Virus record (IMG/VR): IMGVR_UViG_3300010048_000030
Span: 1 to 32,035 of that record
DNA from: a virus
Lineage: Duplodnaviria > Caudoviricetes
Direction: 5' to 3' (one strand)
DNA length: 32,035 bases
Shown here: positions 31,038 through 32,035 of the stretch, one piece after another
How positions within the stretch are numbered: the first letter of the stretch is position 1
Layout of the letters: each line of letters opens with the position of its first letter
Program-made: the position numbers and the translations under genes
The notes under the pieces: generated by a model
Databases searched by the model: none
Seen by the model: only the letters and a program-made list of their open reading frames with translations
What the model was told of the DNA's origin: nothing

Positions 31038-32035
31038 CTACCGCCGTCCTTGAATGACCCGCGCGCGGCTTTGCTTCAAGGTGTCCTGGTCGACGATGAT
31101 CTGCCGGCGCCCCAGCAGCATATTGTAGGCGCGCGACGAGGCGTCCACCTGGTCGTCGTGCCCGCCGGCGCCGAAGCCCGCCAGTTCGTTGCGGTAGGCC
31201 CCGTTCCAGCCGCCGCGCAGCAGCTTCACGTTCCCGACGTTCACCTGGGAGATGAAGGGCTCGGCCCGCGTCGTCTTGTCGCCGCTCTCCGGGCTGACGT
31301 CGACCCGGAACCCTTCGAGGTGCTTCACGTAGGAGGCCGCCTGTTCCTTGCCCGCCTGACCGGGGTCCTGCGGGATGGAGATGCGGCAGCTCACCCCGTC
31401 CATCTCGGCGGTCGCCCGGATGACCGCGCGGATCACCTCGGGGGTGCGGCGCTCCCGCACCACGTCCTCGACGATGATCTGGCCGTCGTTGAGCTTCGCC
31501 ATCTTGACCCCGGCGGTCCAGTCGGGGTCGTTCGAGCCGAGCTTCTCGGTCGCCGCGAGGTCCCAGGCCCGCCAGCGGGCCATGACCCCGACCGGCATCG
31601 TCTCGACGTAGCCGAGGCGCGAGAGGTTGAACAGGATGCCCTCGGCCGGCGCGGGCCGCTGCTGGTAGAGAGCCGCCCAGTCGCGCTTCGCGCCCGAGAG
31701 CTCGTACTCGTCGTAGACGGCCTTCAGCTCGGCCGCATAGGCGTAGTCGTCATCGTCCCACAGCCACTCGCCCGGCCGGCGCCCCAGCGGATCGGGGATG
31801 GTGGCGAAGACATCGTTCGCCTCGACGAACGCCGCCGGGTCCTCCGCGACCGCGCACATCCGCACGACATGCCAGAGGCCCGGCTGGCGCAGGACCGCGC
31901 GCGCCGCCATGTCGTCCTCGTGCCAGTGGGTGAGGATCAGGACCACGAAGCCGCCCGGCTTCAGGCGGGTCCGCATCGAGGTGAGGAGCCAGTTCCACTG
32001 CTTCTCCCGCAGGCCCTCGGAGTCCGCGTCCTCGC
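31038..32035 (-). CDS. terL: Terminase large subunit, 5'-truncated by the window end
   Basis: Frame is open to the window edge (EDADSEGLREKQWNWLLTSMRTRLKPGG); THWHEDD coupling region, ALYQQRP, RAWDLA, DWTAG and HDDQVDA nuclease motifs. Confidence 0.96.
   Translation of the reverse strand, partial: EDADSEGLREKQWNWLLTSMRTRLKPGGFVVLILTHWHEDDMAARAVLRQPGLWHVVRMCAVAEDPAAFVEANDVFATIPDPLGRRPGEWLWDDDDYAYAAELKAVYDEYELSGAKRDWAALYQQRPAPAEGILFNLSRLGYVETMPVGVMARWRAWDLAATEKLGSNDPDWTAGVKMAKLNDGQIIVEDVVRERRTPEVIRAVIRATAEMDGVSCRISIPQDPGQAGKEQAASYVKHLEGFRVDVSPESGDKTTRAEPFISQVNVGNVKLLRGGWNGAYRNELAGFGAGGHDDQVDASSRAYNMLLGRRQIIVDQDTLKQSRARVIQGRR

Larger units (their letters stand above)
1..32035. mobile_element. 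Tailed phage or prophage segment: morphogenesis and lysis module of a Bcep781/PB1-like myovirus plus the end of a convergent operon
   Basis: Contiguous terminase-portal-head-neck-sheath-tube-TMP-baseplate-fibre-lysin order on the minus strand, with many TGATG/ATGA/GTGA overlaps. No host genes or att sites in the window, so free phage versus prophage cannot be decided. Confidence 0.97.

Noticed and set aside
1-32035. Stop-codon reassignment (many genes end in TAG)
   Set aside because: TAG, TGA and TAA all fall at natural protein ends next to the following start; no conserved gene is interrupted.
1-32035. Non-phage contractile system (tailocin, eCIS, T6SS) or gene transfer agent
   Set aside because: Complete head and packaging genes accompany the contractile tail, and phage-type accessory genes are present.

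Overview
The whole window is a very GC-rich (visually >70%) tailed-phage/prophage segment. Positions ~1224-32035 are one minus-strand late operon of a contractile-tailed (myovirus) phage with the Bcep781/PB1-like gene order. From the window end it runs: terminase large subunit (5'-truncated), DUF1073-type portal, MuF-like head protein, Nudix-DUF2213 prohead protease fusion, scaffold, cement, DUF2184-type major capsid, neck genes, sheath, tube, tail chaperone with a -1 frameshift, tape measure, baseplate, tail fibre, and a GH108 endolysin with an unusual lysis/accessory cluster. Positions 1-1309 are the end of a convergent plus-strand operon of small, partly Cys-rich genes. The host is probably a Gram-negative, high-GC proteobacterium (inference). 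Top leads: (1) a Nudix hydrolase fused to the putative prohead protease, with a recurring [LV]-A-x-D candidate cleavage motif across the head proteins, suggesting a capsid-packaged, protease-released enzyme; (2) a papain-like peptidase ending in a near-copy of the baseplate spike's HVHSGV metal-binding apex; (3) one ~65-aa beta-domain inserted six times into four different virion proteins, nested inside itself in two of them; (4) a large adhesin-like module fused to the baseplate wedge/sheath initiator; (5) a DUF6527-like Cys/His protein inside the tail operon; (6) a twin-arginine lipoprotein that may be a unimolecular spanin. All family names come from recognising motifs and synteny by eye; no database searches were run. 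No tRNA, rRNA, CRISPR array, integrase or reverse transcriptase was seen.
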